This document shows positions 49,470 through 60,346 of a DNA stretch of 64,000 nucleotides, one piece after another. The notes beneath the pieces are model-generated. The model was not told the DNA's origin. It did not search any database and saw only the letters and a program-made list of their open reading frames with translations. The position numbers and the translations under genes are program-made. The first letter of the stretch is position 1. Each line of letters opens with the position of its first letter. Origin of the DNA: an uncultured Methanospirillum sp. (GTDB taxonomy: Archaea > Halobacteriota > Methanomicrobia > Methanomicrobiales > Methanospirillaceae); contig CAZWTX010000008.1 in the NCBI GenBank assembly GCA_964637135.1, positions 1 to 64,000 of the forward strand. The letters are read 5' to 3'.

Positions 49470-50741
49470 TTACTGTTCCCGGCAGACAAGGCAGATCCCG
49501 GTTAGCTGACCGGTCTGATCATGGACCTTTGAGGAAGATATGAACACCCGTTTTTTTCTCCCTCCCTTTGCCCGGATCAGCCCTTTCTTATCTATGACAC
49601 CCTCTCCCGTGATCGTCTCCCGGACCACGTCGTACTCATTGTTGATATCAGGCGGGATAATCGAATATACCGAACTTCCCACCAGTTCATCGGCCGGGTA
49701 CCCGGTCATCTGTTCAGCACCCCGGTTCCAGGAGAGCACTGATCCGGCAGGGTTCGTCGTAATCACGGCTTCGGAAAGCATCGGGAGGAGAACACGAACC
49801 AGTGCCATTGCAGTTCCCCCGTTCTGAAAACCGGTGATGTCCCGTGATATCGCAAAAATGCCGGTAACTTTTCCAGAACGGTCTTCGACCGGGTAATACC
49901 GGTCATCATACCATTTTGCCTGCCCTTTTTCTTCAACCTCGATAAGGGCCCGGTGTGGTGACCCGGTCTCGGTTGCAATTGACGCTGCTTCCTGGAGCAG
50001 CCGTGCGGATCGCTGGGGGTAGAGATCTGATCTGATCCTCCCGATGAGGTCTTCCGGCTGCCGGGAAAAGATGGCCGCATACGATTCAGTGACCAGTTTC
50101 AGTCTCTCGTCCGGTGACATGAGGTAGACTCTGTTTTCATTGTCTTCAAGAAGAAACCGCGTCAGTTGCTGATAGTAATGGCGTTCCTCTTCAGCACGTT
50201 TCCATTCGGTGACATCTTCAAGGATGAAGATCATCCCGTTTTCCCCGTCATGGAGGACGATGTCGGCAATCGTCATCCAGATAACAGCAGGAAGATCATC
50301 AATGAGAATTTCAAGTTCAAAGGTGGATGCCAGGGGGCGTTCGGGAGAGAGTATACGGCCCTTGATTTCGCTCTTCATCCCCTGCAAGGCCAGAATATCG
50401 AGGAAATTCCTCCCAATGAGACCTTCATGGCCCCCGCCGAACATCTCGGCAGCCGTGAGGTTAGCCATCTGGATCCGGTACCGGTTGTCTGTCTGGATGA
50501 TGGCATCCGGAAGGTAACTGATCAGACTCGTGATCGGCACTTTCTGGGAGAGATAGTATATCTTTGCCTTCCCGATATTCCTGATATCCACAACCCCTGA
50601 GAGGAACATCAGTTCGAGATATTTCCCGATGGTATTGCGGGACATATCGAGGAGGATGGCTAGTTCAGAGACGGTTATTCCCCGAGGACGGTCCCTGAGC
50701 ACCTCTCCTATCCGGGAGATATAGTATTGATGATTGTCCAT
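49470..50741 (-). CDS. wHTH-PAS-PAS-PAS one-component regulator
   Basis: 'PRGITVSELA..L.MSRNTIGKYLE....G.V.....GKAKIY' plus three PAS/PAC domains; no kinase domain. Confidence 0.85.
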   Translation of the reverse strand: MDNHQYYISRIGEVLRDRPRGITVSELAILLDMSRNTIGKYLELMFLSGVVDIRNIGKAKIYYLSQKVPITSLISYLPDAIIQTDNRYRIQMANLTAAEMFGGGHEGLIGRNFLDILALQGMKSEIKGRILSPERPLASTFELEILIDDLPAVIWMTIADIVLHDGENGMIFILEDVTEWKRAEEERHYYQQLTRFLLEDNENRVYLMSPDERLKLVTESYAAIFSRQPEDLIGRIRSDLYPQRSARLLQEAASIATETGSPHRALIEVEEKGQAKWYDDRYYPVEDRSGKVTGIFAISRDITGFQNGGTAMALVRVLLPMLSEAVITTNPAGSVLSWNRGAEQMTGYPADELVGSSVYSIIPPDINNEYDVVRETITGEGVIDKKGLIRAKGGRKKRVFISSSKVHDQTGQLTGICLVCREQ

Positions 50742-50826
50742 CGGTGGAAAGAGGTTTCAGAGTGTTCACTTAAAAAAATTTTCTTCATAGATAAACCAAT
50801 ATAGCACAATACGCGGATGAACTGAT

Positions 50827-52893
50827 ATGTTGCCGGAGAAGAAGAACAAGTTAATCGATGAACATAGCCCGTACCTCCTGATGCATGCTGACAATCCTGT
50901 CAACTGGTATCCATGGGGCGATGAGGCCTTCGCTCTCGCTCATAATGAGGATAAACCTGTTTTTCTCTCAATCGGCTATGCATCCTGTCACTGGTGTCAT
51001 GTCATGGAAGAAGAATCATTTCGTGACAAGGGGGTGGCAGATCTTCTCAACCGGTATTTTATATCAGTTAAGGTGGACCGGGAGGAACGTCCTGATCTTG
51101 ACCAGGTATATATGCAGATCTGTCAGATGATGACTGGAAACGGTGGATGGCCGCTTTCACTCTTTCTCACTCCGGAAAAAAAGCCATTTTACGCGGCAAC
51201 CTATATCCCCCGTACAAGTCGCCCTGGATCGCCTGGGATGATCGATATTCTCCCGGAAATTGCCCAATTATGGAGAGAAAAGCGCAGTGAGATCCTTGAT
51301 GCCGGCAGGCAGATCATTGTGTCATGCTCCACCCGTCAGGGTACCTCATCGCTCCTTCATGATCTCCTTGTTCCAGCCGTTACCGCCCTCCGTGCTGCAT
51401 ATGATCCAGTGAACGGGGGTATTGGTTCACGCCCGAAGTTTCCTTCAATCCCCCAGATCCTCTTCCTGCTTCGTTATGGCAGAATTTCAGGAGACCCCGG
51501 GATCCTGCAGATGGCGGTAAAAACCCTGAACCGGATGGCATCAGGGGGTATCCGTGACCATCTCGGCGGCGGGTTTCACCGGTACGCTACCGATCCGGCG
51601 TGGCGGCTTCCCCACTTTGAGAAGATGCTATATGACCAGGCCCTGAATGCTGAAGCATACATCGATGCATACCTCCTGACCGGTGAAGAGGGGTACCTGA
51701 GAGTAGCGGATGAGATTTTCAGCTATGTGATAACCCGGTTAAATAACCCTGATGGAGGTTTCTTTTCATCAGAGGATGCGGATAGTCAGACGGGTGAAGG
51801 GGGCTATTATCTCTGGAATGAGGATGAAATCAGGGAAGCGGTTTCCCCTGAACGGTATTCACGGGCAATGGAGCGGTACGGGATCACACGGGAAGGAAAT
51901 GTATCGGGAGATCCCGGGATGCCAGCCGGGGGAAATGTCCTGTACCTCGCAGAAGATCAGGATCGATCCGGTCTGCTCCTGGAACGGAAAGAGGATGGAG
52001 AGATACGGGAGTCCCTTCTTTCGGTACGTAACGATCGCGAGCGCCCGGCAACCGACGAGAAGATTCTGACAGACTGGAACGGATTGATGATCCGTGCGGC
52101 CGCCCGGGGAGGATTTCTGACCGGAAATGAGCAGGTTATTTCGTCAGCATCAGCAGCAGCCCGGTTCATCACCTCATCCATGCTCCAGGAAGACGGAACA
52201 CTGCTTCACCGGTGGTACCGCGGCCATGTTGGTATTACAGCATATGCCGGTGATTATATTTTCCTTGCATCCGGCATTCTCATGCTTTTCCAGATTTCCG
52301 GGGATCCGGCCTGGCTCAGATATGCAATGAGCCTTGAAGAGACAGTATACAGCCTGATGTGGGATCCCACGGAGGGTGGATTTTACCAGCAGTCTTCCGG
52401 TGGCGATCTCCCGATAAGGATGAAGGATATGTATGATAATGCGATGCCTTCAGTGAACGGATCTGCCTATGCCCTGTATACAGATCTCTTCGCCATTACC
52501 GGTGACCCTCGGTACCGTGAAAAAAAGGATAAACTCGCATCCTGTATTGCCAGGGAGGGGAGCCGGTATCCTCCCGGTGTTGTCAGCGCTCTTGCAGTTG
52601 ACTCACTTCCGGACCAGATCCGGGTACTCATCCCCGGGCATCCGGAAATCCCGCTTCATGATATGATCAGGTCTTCATTCCTGGCTGGTATCCCCGGTCT
52701 CGTGGTGATCCCGGTACGTGATGAAAACCGGGAAGAATTAATGGGACTCGTGTCTGATATCCCTCATGATGACCGGATACGAATCTGCAGGTCAGGTGCC
52801 TGCCTGCAACCGGTAAGCACACGTGGAGAACTGGAAGAATCCCTCTCTTGCATCAGAGATTCTTTAATGCCACCAGATTGCGTACCCCGTTAA
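50827..52893 (+). CDS. YyaL/SPATA20-like thioredoxin-domain protein
   Basis: '[17 protein letters not shown]', [26 protein letters not shown]. Confidence 0.95.
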   Translation: MLPEKKNKLIDEHSPYLLMHADNPVNWYPWGDEAFALAHNEDKPVFLSIGYASCHWCHVMEEESFRDKGVADLLNRYFISVKVDREERPDLDQVYMQICQMMTGNGGWPLSLFLTPEKKPFYAATYIPRTSRPGSPGMIDILPEIAQLWREKRSEILDAGRQIIVSCSTRQGTSSLLHDLLVPAVTALRAAYDPVNGGIGSRPKFPSIPQILFLLRYGRISGDPGILQMAVKTLNRMASGGIRDHLGGGFHRYATDPAWRLPHFEKMLYDQALNAEAYIDAYLLTGEEGYLRVADEIFSYVITRLNNPDGGFFSSEDADSQTGEGGYYLWNEDEIREAVSPERYSRAMERYGITREGNVSGDPGMPAGGNVLYLAEDQDRSGLLLERKEDGEIRESLLSVRNDRERPATDEKILTDWNGLMIRAAARGGFLTGNEQVISSASAAARFITSSMLQEDGTLLHRWYRGHVGITAYAGDYIFLASGILMLFQISGDPAWLRYAMSLEETVYSLMWDPTEGGFYQQSSGGDLPIRMKDMYDNAMPSVNGSAYALYTDLFAITGDPRYREKKDKLASCIAREGSRYPPGVVSALAVDSLPDQIRVLIPGHPEIPLHDMIRSSFLAGIPGLVVIPVRDENREELMGLVSDIPHDDRIRICRSGACLQPVSTRGELEESLSCIRDSLMPPDCVPR

Positions 52894-53329
52894 GTCTCCA
52901 GACCAGGGAACGTTCTTCACAACAGATAGATTCAGGCTGATCCTGGGGAGAATGACCGAGGGCTGCAAGGATGTTGTTTGAAAGGCGGTGTTTTCTGATC
53001 ATCTCGACGAACAGGCCCCTGATGATCTTCTTCTCGATTGAATCATGAACCTCTTCAAGGTACCCCTGCAGGGTGACAAACATGTAGCAGGAGAGGTCTT
53101 CGGCATACTGATCGATCTCAACGGATACGTAGGGAGATTTCCGGAAAAGTTCAATCTTTTTTCCGTATTTTGTAGAAAGGAAATAGATGTGTTTCCCGTC
53201 AAAAACATACAGGAACGGAGCGATATATGGATATTTATCCCCCTGGAATGCAATACGAGCCATAAATCGGGTGTGAATTAATTCATCGTATTCGGTCTTT
53301 TCCATCCGGGGGATTTTTACGATCTCCAT
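52853..53329 (-). CDS. Pyridoxamine 5'-phosphate oxidase-like (Nim family) FMN-binding protein
   Basis: 'RIAF....PYIAP..Y......YF.....GKK......SP.VSVEID'. Confidence 0.85.
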   Translation of the reverse strand: MEIVKIPRMEKTEYDELIHTRFMARIAFQGDKYPYIAPFLYVFDGKHIYFLSTKYGKKIELFRKSPYVSVEIDQYAEDLSCYMFVTLQGYLEEVHDSIEKKIIRGLFVEMIRKHRLSNNILAALGHSPQDQPESICCEERSLVWRLNGVRNLVALKNL

Positions 53330-53525
53330 GATCCTCATGCAACGTCAGTGCCATGGTGATATAAAATATGCTGAGTTACCCGGGGAGGGGAATAATTCCA
53401 GATCTTTTCGATACGCCTGATTGGAGGTGCGAAACGATAACCGCTCCCCATGGCAAACTACTTCTTCATCCCGGAGAAAAAATCCCTGTACAGCTGATAC
53501 AATACACAATTCGTACTGGTTCATC

Positions 53526-54524
53526 ATGATTCATATCGTTATCAGGGTTTTTGCCTGTTTTCTGCTTGTCGGATTAGCATTTCATGTAGTCTCTGCAGAA
53601 GGGATACAGGATGCAACAATCTGGGGAAACAAGGGAAAGGCACTCATCAGCAGCAATGAGTATACCTCAGCGCTTGAGGCATTCGATCAGGCGCTCCAGT
53701 TAGATCCTTATTATGCCGAAGGATGGGCTCTCAGGGGAGATGTTCTTGCCAGGCTTGAACGATATGCAGATGCAGCAGATTCCTATGATCGTGCACTGGC
53801 GATCGACAAGACGAATGCGGATATCATGGGCCGGAAGGCGAAAGTCCTCTCGTATCTCGGTCGCAATACCGAAGCCCTCGATACATACCAGCGTGCCATA
53901 TCCCTCAATCCGAATATATTCTCAAACCTGGATGGGATGGCTGATGTTCTTGCCACGTTAAACCGGTTCTCTGAAGCGAACGAGGCTTATGACACTGCTC
54001 TCAAAACGGATCCGCGGAATAATGAGACCTGGAATAAAAAAGGGCTCGTTCTCGCGCGTATGTTTCTCAACCGGGAGGCCGTGGAGGCATTTAACCAGTC
54101 ATTGCAGATATATCCTGATTCAGCCGAGGTATGGAACAACATGGGGGGTGCCCTCTTCAGCCAGGGCAGGATGAAGGAGGCACTTGATGCCTTTGAACAT
54201 GCCATCTCCCTGGATAAAAGTTATATTCCCCAGAAATACGAAGATACGTTGAATATCCTGGAATCTAACCGTGACAAACGGGCAGGCATTGCCGGAACGG
54301 AAGAAGCGGTCATTCCTGAAGTTGTCTCCCAGTTCCTCCTCCCCCCTCCGATATTTATCCTCAACTATCTCATGATCGGTATCGGGGTAATCCTGATTAT
54401 CACCCTGGGACTCGCCCAGGTGGTCCATGGAAGAAGGATGAGGAAAAAGGGGAACCTGGATGATCCTGATAATCCTGGTGATTCATCTGATATCCCATCG
54501 TCAGGTCGCCCGTTCGAGGATTGA
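53526..54524 (+). CDS. Membrane-anchored TPR protein
   Basis: Signal peptide, six TPR repeats (W.NKG..L ... A..AF..AL..DP), C-terminal TM. Confidence 0.9.
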   Translation: MIHIVIRVFACFLLVGLAFHVVSAEGIQDATIWGNKGKALISSNEYTSALEAFDQALQLDPYYAEGWALRGDVLARLERYADAADSYDRALAIDKTNADIMGRKAKVLSYLGRNTEALDTYQRAISLNPNIFSNLDGMADVLATLNRFSEANEAYDTALKTDPRNNETWNKKGLVLARMFLNREAVEAFNQSLQIYPDSAEVWNNMGGALFSQGRMKEALDAFEHAISLDKSYIPQKYEDTLNILESNRDKRAGIAGTEEAVIPEVVSQFLLPPPIFILNYLMIGIGVILIITLGLAQVVHGRRMRKKGNLDDPDNPGDSSDIPSSGRPFED

Positions 54525-55349
54525 CTGAATTAATTCCTCTCTCCCGGTTTTTTTAACCATCCGGGGTACCTCCGGGAGACTCGGCCGCTGCACCCTGAAA
54601 AAGATCCCGATCGGGATCTGTCCGTCATTGTTGTAATCATACTGACCTGCTGTCCTGCAGGCATTCATGAAGATGGATGCATTCTCCTCTGATGTTTCAT
54701 ACACCCGTTCGTTGTACCAGGCACTGATATTATAAAAGGTGGCACAGACCTGGAGCACGTCAACATGGGCAAAGCCTACGTGAAGGATGGCTTCCCTGAA
54801 CAGTCGCCTGAGGTGGGCCATCTTTCCCGTGTATCCCCGGGCGACAAAACTGGCTCCCGAACCAAGCATCAATTCAATGACGTTCAACGGATTTTCATGG
54901 ACTCCCCGGGGGGTTGACCGTCCCGTGTATCCATATGGCGATGTCGGGGTATACTGACCGGTGGTAAGACCATATACGCGGTTGTTATGGCAAATCACGG
55001 TGATATCCAGGTTACGTTTCGCGGCATGGATGAGATGGTCCAATCCTTCGGCATAGAGATCCCCGTCACCGGCAAAACAGATCACTTTGAGATCCGGATT
55101 TGCCATCTTTATCCCCGTCGCCACCGGGATGGTCCTCCCATGGAGCGAATAGAACGAGTTGAGATGGAAATAGTCGGCGATTTTTGCATGGCACCCGATA
55201 CCGGTGACGATCACGATCTTTTCCCTGGGTAGTCCCTCTTTCTCAAGCTCCTCGATCACCTGTTTGAATGCGTGCTGGATAGCAAAGTTTCCGCATCCCG
55301 GACACCAGGTATTCTGGGCAGTGCTGATAAGGTCTTCATGACTGCTCAT
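54501..55349 (-). CDS. 2-oxoacid:ferredoxin oxidoreductase beta subunit
   Basis: TWCPGCG, GIGCH, LHGR, GDGD, NNRVYGLTTGQ; AGGAGGTG SD, ATGA overlap with the alpha stop. Confidence 0.95.
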   Translation of the reverse strand: MSSHEDLISTAQNTWCPGCGNFAIQHAFKQVIEELEKEGLPREKIVIVTGIGCHAKIADYFHLNSFYSLHGRTIPVATGIKMANPDLKVICFAGDGDLYAEGLDHLIHAAKRNLDITVICHNNRVYGLTTGQYTPTSPYGYTGRSTPRGVHENPLNVIELMLGSGASFVARGYTGKMAHLRRLFREAILHVGFAHVDVLQVCATFYNISAWYNERVYETSEENASIFMNACRTAGQYDYNNDGQIPIGIFFRVQRPSLPEVPRMVKKTGREELIQSILERAT

Positions 55350-56986
55350 ATGCACCTCCTGACCCGGTTTTCGAGTTCCTCTATCGCAAACGGTCTTCCG
55401 TCATACCTGAGGATCCGGTCATGGATCTGGATGCCATGCATCTGAAGAATCTTGTCAAGTTGTCCCATGCTGCTGTCTTCAATAAGTATAAGCCGTTCAA
55501 CCCCGGTCATTGCCTTTCGGAATGTCTCTTCCGGAAACGGCTGGAGGACAACCGGTGCGATGAGCCGGAGGTCAAGCATCCCTGCAACCTCTTCGGCAGC
55601 TCCCCTGACCGATCCCCAGGCGACAAGGGCTGTCCTGGCCTCGCTCCTCCCGCTGACTGCGACGGCATCGGAAAGATCTGTCCCTTTTTTCAGGCTCCGG
55701 AGTTTCCTCAGTCTTTTCTCTGCCATTTCAACGGAGAGGCCGGGATCTTCAGAAGTAATTCCGGTGTAGTCGTGGGTATAACTGTTCACTTTGATCACCT
55801 CTCCCCTGACCGGGGGGGTGAGAATGGGCGATATTCCGTCAGGGGTATTGGTGTATCGCTTGTACGGGAAGGATGCTGCCGGGAGGGGTCGTGGTTTCTC
55901 TTCCCCGATTCCGTCAGCAAGAGTATACATCCCCTCTGAAAAGGTTTTATCTGAAAGGATAATCGAGGGAATCTGGTACTGCCAGGCGATAGTCATGGCT
56001 CGTGCACTGAACGTTACTGCTTCCTCCGGGGTTCCGGGAGCGACGATGAACCGGGGAAATTCCCCCTGTCCGGCATACATGGCAAAGAGGAGATCTGTCT
56101 GCCCGGTGTATGTCGGAAGACCGGTTGAAGGACCGGTCCGCTGGGCGAGTACGATGACGATTGGTATCTCTGCCTGTCCTGCAAGGGAGAGCCCCTCTGT
56201 CATAAGGCAGAATCCTCCTCCGGAAGTTCCGACAGCGGTTTTCTTTCCGGCATACGCCGCCCCCTGCGCCATCAGGATCACGGCGATCTCACTCTCAGGG
56301 TGGCAGACCGTGATCCCTGCATCATCTGCAATCGATGCGAGGAAATGGAGCACTGATGACGAAGGGGTCATCGGGTAGGAGATATACATCTCAAGTCCCC
56401 CGGAGAGAAGTCCGACTGATATCCATTCATTTCCGGTCATCATGGGCCGGGGTGGATGATCAAGGGACTCAAGGGCATGGGTCTGCGAGACGGTATCGTA
56501 GGCATCTTTTGCGATGGCAAGGTTTTTTTCCGTCTCTTTCGGGAGTTTTTTTGTGAGAACCCGCACAGCAGTTTCCCAGGGTATTGAGAAGATACCGCTA
56601 AATCCCCCTATCATCGCGGTATTGCCCATAATCGGCTTTCCCCCGTGCCGTTCCACGATCTCGTGAAGGTGAAAGCCGTACCCCCTCGCTTTCACCCGGT
56701 CAGAATCATAGATTATGGTTCCGTTTTCGGTGAGCTGGTTTTTGTGGAGATCCACAGTCTGTTGATCAAGGGCAAGAATGAGATCCACCCCTGATCGGTG
56801 GGCAAGAACAGGATGGTCTGCTGCCCTGATGATGGTAAAATTATGACCCCCTCTGATGAGGGAGGGATAATCGATGTACTGGTAGACATGGTATCCCTGG
56901 GCAGAGAAGAGCGAACCGATCAGCTGGCCTGCCTGGGTTATTCCGTCTCCTGCTTTACCTCCGATGAGAACCGAATATTCTGTCAG
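55346..56986 (-). CDS. 2-oxoacid:ferredoxin oxidoreductase alpha (gamma-alpha fused) subunit, CTG start
   Basis: In-frame extension beyond the ORF-track start reads (M)TEYSVLIGGKAGDGI...DYPSLIRGGHN; also YPMTPSS, ESEI, TSGGG, QRTGPSTGLPT; GGAGGT 7 nt before CTG. Confidence 0.92.
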   Translation of the reverse strand: MTEYSVLIGGKAGDGITQAGQLIGSLFSAQGYHVYQYIDYPSLIRGGHNFTIIRAADHPVLAHRSGVDLILALDQQTVDLHKNQLTENGTIIYDSDRVKARGYGFHLHEIVERHGGKPIMGNTAMIGGFSGIFSIPWETAVRVLTKKLPKETEKNLAIAKDAYDTVSQTHALESLDHPPRPMMTGNEWISVGLLSGGLEMYISYPMTPSSSVLHFLASIADDAGITVCHPESEIAVILMAQGAAYAGKKTAVGTSGGGFCLMTEGLSLAGQAEIPIVIVLAQRTGPSTGLPTYTGQTDLLFAMYAGQGEFPRFIVAPGTPEEAVTFSARAMTIAWQYQIPSIILSDKTFSEGMYTLADGIGEEKPRPLPAASFPYKRYTNTPDGISPILTPPVRGEVIKVNSYTHDYTGITSEDPGLSVEMAEKRLRKLRSLKKGTDLSDAVAVSGRSEARTALVAWGSVRGAAEEVAGMLDLRLIAPVVLQPFPEETFRKAMTGVERLILIEDSSMGQLDKILQMHGIQIHDRILRYDGRPFAIEELENRVRRCI

Positions 56987-57079
56987 GATACCGACCTCCG
57001 GTGATGGTCGTTGGGGATTGCATCTTCATATACCTGATGGTTCCCCACCAGATTTCTGCCCGGCGGTAATTTCTCCGTG

Positions 57080-57488
57080 TTATCCGAATGTGGCGTCAAT
57101 CAGGGCGATACGCTCATCCCAGAGAGCCCTGAACTGTTCCAGACAGGTCCCGTCGGTTCCGGTCCAGGAACCGGGATCTGAAAAGGTCTGATGGATGATT
57201 GATCCGGCCCAGGGAATTCTCGGGCAGGCTCCGGATGAATCGTCACATACCACAACTGCCTGATCAAAGTCAATATCAAAGAGATCAAGGAGCGATTTGG
57301 CATGTTTTTATGAGATATAAATACCCCGCTCCCCGATGAGCTGAACCGCATGGACATAGCAATCGGGTCGGTCCCGGCACTGAAGACCTCGTATTCATGC
57401 GAATATCGGCCTAAATATATCCCTCAGTAATCCGGGATCCGACGGAGTTATGCGTGCATATAAAAATGGTTTTTCTGTGGGGATTCAT
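57080..57488 (-). pseudogene. arsC: Arsenate reductase ArsC (thioredoxin-type, LMW-PTP fold) pseudogene
   Basis: Manual translation across frames: MNPHRKTIFICTHNSVGSRITEGYI*A / RYSHEYEVFSAGTDP / VHAVQLIGERGIYIS*KHAKSL...VVVCDDSSGACPRIP...IHQTFSDPGSWTGT....LEQFRALWDE; two stops and two frameshifts. Confidence 0.85.
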
Positions 57489-57531
57489 GCGGGAAACGCT
57501 GAACTTCTTTTGATACGTACGCGGGATATGC

Positions 57532-57984
57532 CTACCGGTTCCCTGATGAGGAGAACCATTCACAGGCGAGAATCGCCGGAACATACAGTGGCTGGTGACG
57601 AATCCTTATTCTGAACCGTTTCTCCTTTGTTCTCTCCCCTTTCCGCCCGTGTTTATGCTGATGACAGGCGTGGCAGAGTACCTGGAGATTGACTGAACGC
57701 GAATCTCCTCCATCAGATAATGGGATGATATGATGGACGGAGAGATTTTCCCTGCTGCCGCATATCTGGCACCGGTGCCGGTCCCGTTCCAGTACTGAAC
57801 GCCTGATAATGTTCCAGAACTGGGGACGAATACCCCGGGCAGAAGCATGTTCCTCTTCCAGCCAGGTTAAAAAACGGTCTTGGCATCCGGAAGAGCAGTA
57901 TGAGTGTTGACCGGAGGAGAGTGGGCTCCCGCACCAGAGACAGGTTTTTTCTCCTCCTGCAGGCTGATGGGCTGTCAGTTCCAT
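57532..57984 (-). CDS. HNH endonuclease with N-terminal Cys4 zinc finger
   Basis: CLWC...YCSSGC; 'VLERDRHRCQICG....LSVHHIIPLSDGG.....NLQVLCHACHQHKH'. Confidence 0.9.
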   Translation of the reverse strand: MELTAHQPAGGEKTCLWCGSPLSSGQHSYCSSGCQDRFLTWLEEEHASARGIRPQFWNIIRRSVLERDRHRCQICGSRENLSVHHIIPLSDGGDSRSVNLQVLCHACHQHKHGRKGERTKEKRFRIRIRHQPLYVPAILACEWFSSSGNR

Positions 57985-58216
57985 CAGAGAAGAACTTACC
58001 TGCAGAATATATATTTGTTATGGTTCCACCATACTTCGCCTGACAGGTATGATAAACTGATAACCCGTCATCACTCCGGGGCTTCCCGAAAATATGAGAA
58101 AATGGGCAATATTATCATCATTTCTTTTAAAAACCGGCAAATATCCCCGATTTGTCCTCGTGATGGTCAGGTTCCGGTTTCAGTAACTATATAATGAACC
58201 GGGTGGAGTGTATCAT

Positions 58217-58765
58217 ATGAGGCTCCTCTTTCTCTCCGGAAGTCCCCAAAAAAAAGGAAACACGGCCCGATTGCTTGCGCACCTCTCTGATCTTGCCAAA
58301 GGGGCGGAAATATCCGGCCTGAAGACGAAGCAGATCTCTCTAGCCGGGTTAAGAATCAAACCCTGTCGTTCATGTAGGAAATGCATGCAAAAAGGCTCTT
58401 GCGTTCTGAAAGACGATTTTAATTCTATTGCGCGGAAGATGTTGCGGAGCGATGTGATCATTATCGGCTCGCCGGTGTATTTTCATGACGTATCCGGTGT
58501 GCTCAAGAATTTTCTAGACAGAACTTATTCCCTCTGGCATGAGAAACAACTCCGGGCGAAGCGGTTTATTCCGGTTGCAGTTGCCGCAGAGAGCGGTGAG
58601 GAACGCACTCTTGATACATTGCAGATATGGGCACAGGCACATGAGATGAAGATCATTCACGGGGTAAGCGGACACGGGTACAAGCCAGGAGAGGTGCTCA
58701 GGGATCCTTCCGCCTTGAAATCGGCAGAACAGGCGATTCATGAACTTTCCGGGAACCACGGCTGA
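58217..58765 (+). CDS. Iron-sulfur flavoprotein (Isf)/flavodoxin family
   Basis: GSPQKKGNT, CRSCRKC.....C, DD, GSPVYF, LKNFLDR. Confidence 0.9.
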   Translation: MRLLFLSGSPQKKGNTARLLAHLSDLAKGAEISGLKTKQISLAGLRIKPCRSCRKCMQKGSCVLKDDFNSIARKMLRSDVIIIGSPVYFHDVSGVLKNFLDRTYSLWHEKQLRAKRFIPVAVAAESGEERTLDTLQIWAQAHEMKIIHGVSGHGYKPGEVLRDPSALKSAEQAIHELSGNHG

Positions 58766-58792
58766 AAAAACGAGACCCCGTGAGCAGGCTGT

Positions 58793-60346
58793 TCACCCGT
58801 CGATCCGGATCTCCTTCCCGGTTATCCGTTCGAAGGTTTTCCGGTCATCGAGGATTGCCCATCGTTCAAGGAGACAGTCATTGGTACATGATATGGCCAG
58901 GGTTATCGTTTTCTCATCCTGGCCTGAGAACCAGACATCTGAGACCCGCCCGTCATGGCTTCTGTCAAGATTTTCCGCGATTCTGAGGAGAAGGGATAGA
59001 ACCATGACTATTTCCAGTTCTTCCTCCTCAAGGGGTATCACCGGCAGATCCCTGTTTTTTGGAACTTTTTTCCGGTGGTACCTGCAGATAAGCCCCATGA
59101 TCTCTGTCTCATGCCGGGTAAACCCGAGCAGGGGAACACTCGTAATCAGGTAATACGAATGCTGGTGATGACCGGGATATGAAATGAATTGTCCGGTATC
59201 GTGAAGACAGGCTGCATAAGCGAGAAGTTCCCGGTAATCATCTGAAATGGTATGGATTCCGACTGCTTTTCCGGAATCAAAGAGGCTGAGTGCAAGCCGG
59301 CGTACCTGATCGGCATGTTTCTCATTGATCTGGCAGAGTCGTGCAAGGTTGCGGACCGACCTCGTCCGAACTGGAATCTCGGTTTCAGATGGAAAACCCG
59401 GGATTTTTGCAAGGAAATCGGCGAGAAGACCATCCCTGAGACTGAGCGGGGTGGTCCGGATCGCGGCGATCCCCGAAGAAGAGAGGATAGTCAGAAGAAT
59501 GAGTGCGCCGGCAGGGATAATATCAGCACGTTCAGGATTCAGGCCGGGGATCTTTCTTCTCTCTTCCAGGGAGAGGGAGCAGAGATGGGTAAGGATTGTT
59601 TCAAGCTCCCCCCGCGTCAGCAGGCCTTCAGTATGGTCCCTTATCAGTCCCGGATTGAGGGCAGCGATAGATTCCAGTGTCAGTATGGTCCCTGAGCTGC
59701 CGTACGTTATCCCTGGTGTATGTTTCTGGATATGTCTTGCCGTATGGGCGATGCGAAGTCTGATGAACTGTTGCATCTCCTCAAGGATCTCCCCTGGAAC
59801 CGGACCCGTAATTGAGGGGGTCAGAAACCGGTTCGTTGTCCTGATGGCACCCAGTTTGAGACTTCTGATGAGGAGGGGCTCAGATTCATCAGCCACGATA
59901 ACTTCTGTACTTCCGCCCCCGATATCGATGAACAGGGCCGTTTCTTCCTGAATATGTGTTCCCGACGATATCCCGCGCCATATCAGCCGTGCTTCTTCCT
60001 CACCCGAAATAACCGGGATGTAGACACCGGTATCGTCATGGATCTGTCGTACCAGTTCTTCCCCGTTCACGGCGTCCCTGGTGGCAGAGGTCGCTACTGC
60101 GATGATATCGATGACCTTGAAATTATGTGCTATCTCAATGAATTTACCGATAACCACCCGTGCACGTTCCATTGCCTCAGGGGTGAGCCGGTTTTCTGCA
60201 AATCCCCCCTCCCCGAGCCGGATCTGGTGCTTCTGCTGGGTGAGTACCTGGACGGTCAGGTTCGGATTGATCCTCACTACCATCAGCCGGGCTGAGTTTG
60301 TTCCGAGATCAATGAATCCAACATTCCTGGGTTCGTTCAGGTCCAT
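58793..60346 (-). CDS. ppx: Exopolyphosphatase Ppx/GppA with C-terminal HD domain
   Basis: IDLGTNS, ATSATRDA, GEEEARL, DIGGGSTE, RADII, LHDTG...HHQHS. Confidence 0.93.
   Translation of the reverse strand: MDLNEPRNVGFIDLGTNSARLMVVRINPNLTVQVLTQQKHQIRLGEGGFAENRLTPEAMERARVVIGKFIEIAHNFKVIDIIAVATSATRDAVNGEELVRQIHDDTGVYIPVISGEEEARLIWRGISSGTHIQEETALFIDIGGGSTEVIVADESEPLLIRSLKLGAIRTTNRFLTPSITGPVPGEILEEMQQFIRLRIAHTARHIQKHTPGITYGSSGTILTLESIAALNPGLIRDHTEGLLTRGELETILTHLCSLSLEERRKIPGLNPERADIIPAGALILLTILSSSGIAAIRTTPLSLRDGLLADFLAKIPGFPSETEIPVRTRSVRNLARLCQINEKHADQVRRLALSLFDSGKAVGIHTISDDYRELLAYAACLHDTGQFISYPGHHQHSYYLITSVPLLGFTRHETEIMGLICRYHRKKVPKNRDLPVIPLEEEELEIVMVLSLLLRIAENLDRSHDGRVSDVWFSGQDEKTITLAISCTNDCLLERWAILDDRKTFERITGKEIRIDG

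Noticed and set aside
52853..54524. Convergent 3' overlaps (52853-52893, 54501-54524; also 21401-21414, 47511-47522)
   Set aside because: Short tail-to-tail overlaps are common in compact archaeal genomes; no evidence of special function.
55346..56788. Truncated or frameshifted oxidoreductase alpha subunit, as the ORF track suggests
   Set aside because: The upstream conserved sequence is in the same frame without stops; a CTG start explains it.
57100..57357. 85-aa hypothetical ORF and possible Pyl/Sec readthrough of the nearby TAG
   Set aside because: The ORF is an off-frame piece of the arsC pseudogene. Additional frameshifts, a TAA stop and loss of the catalytic Arg exclude recoding.
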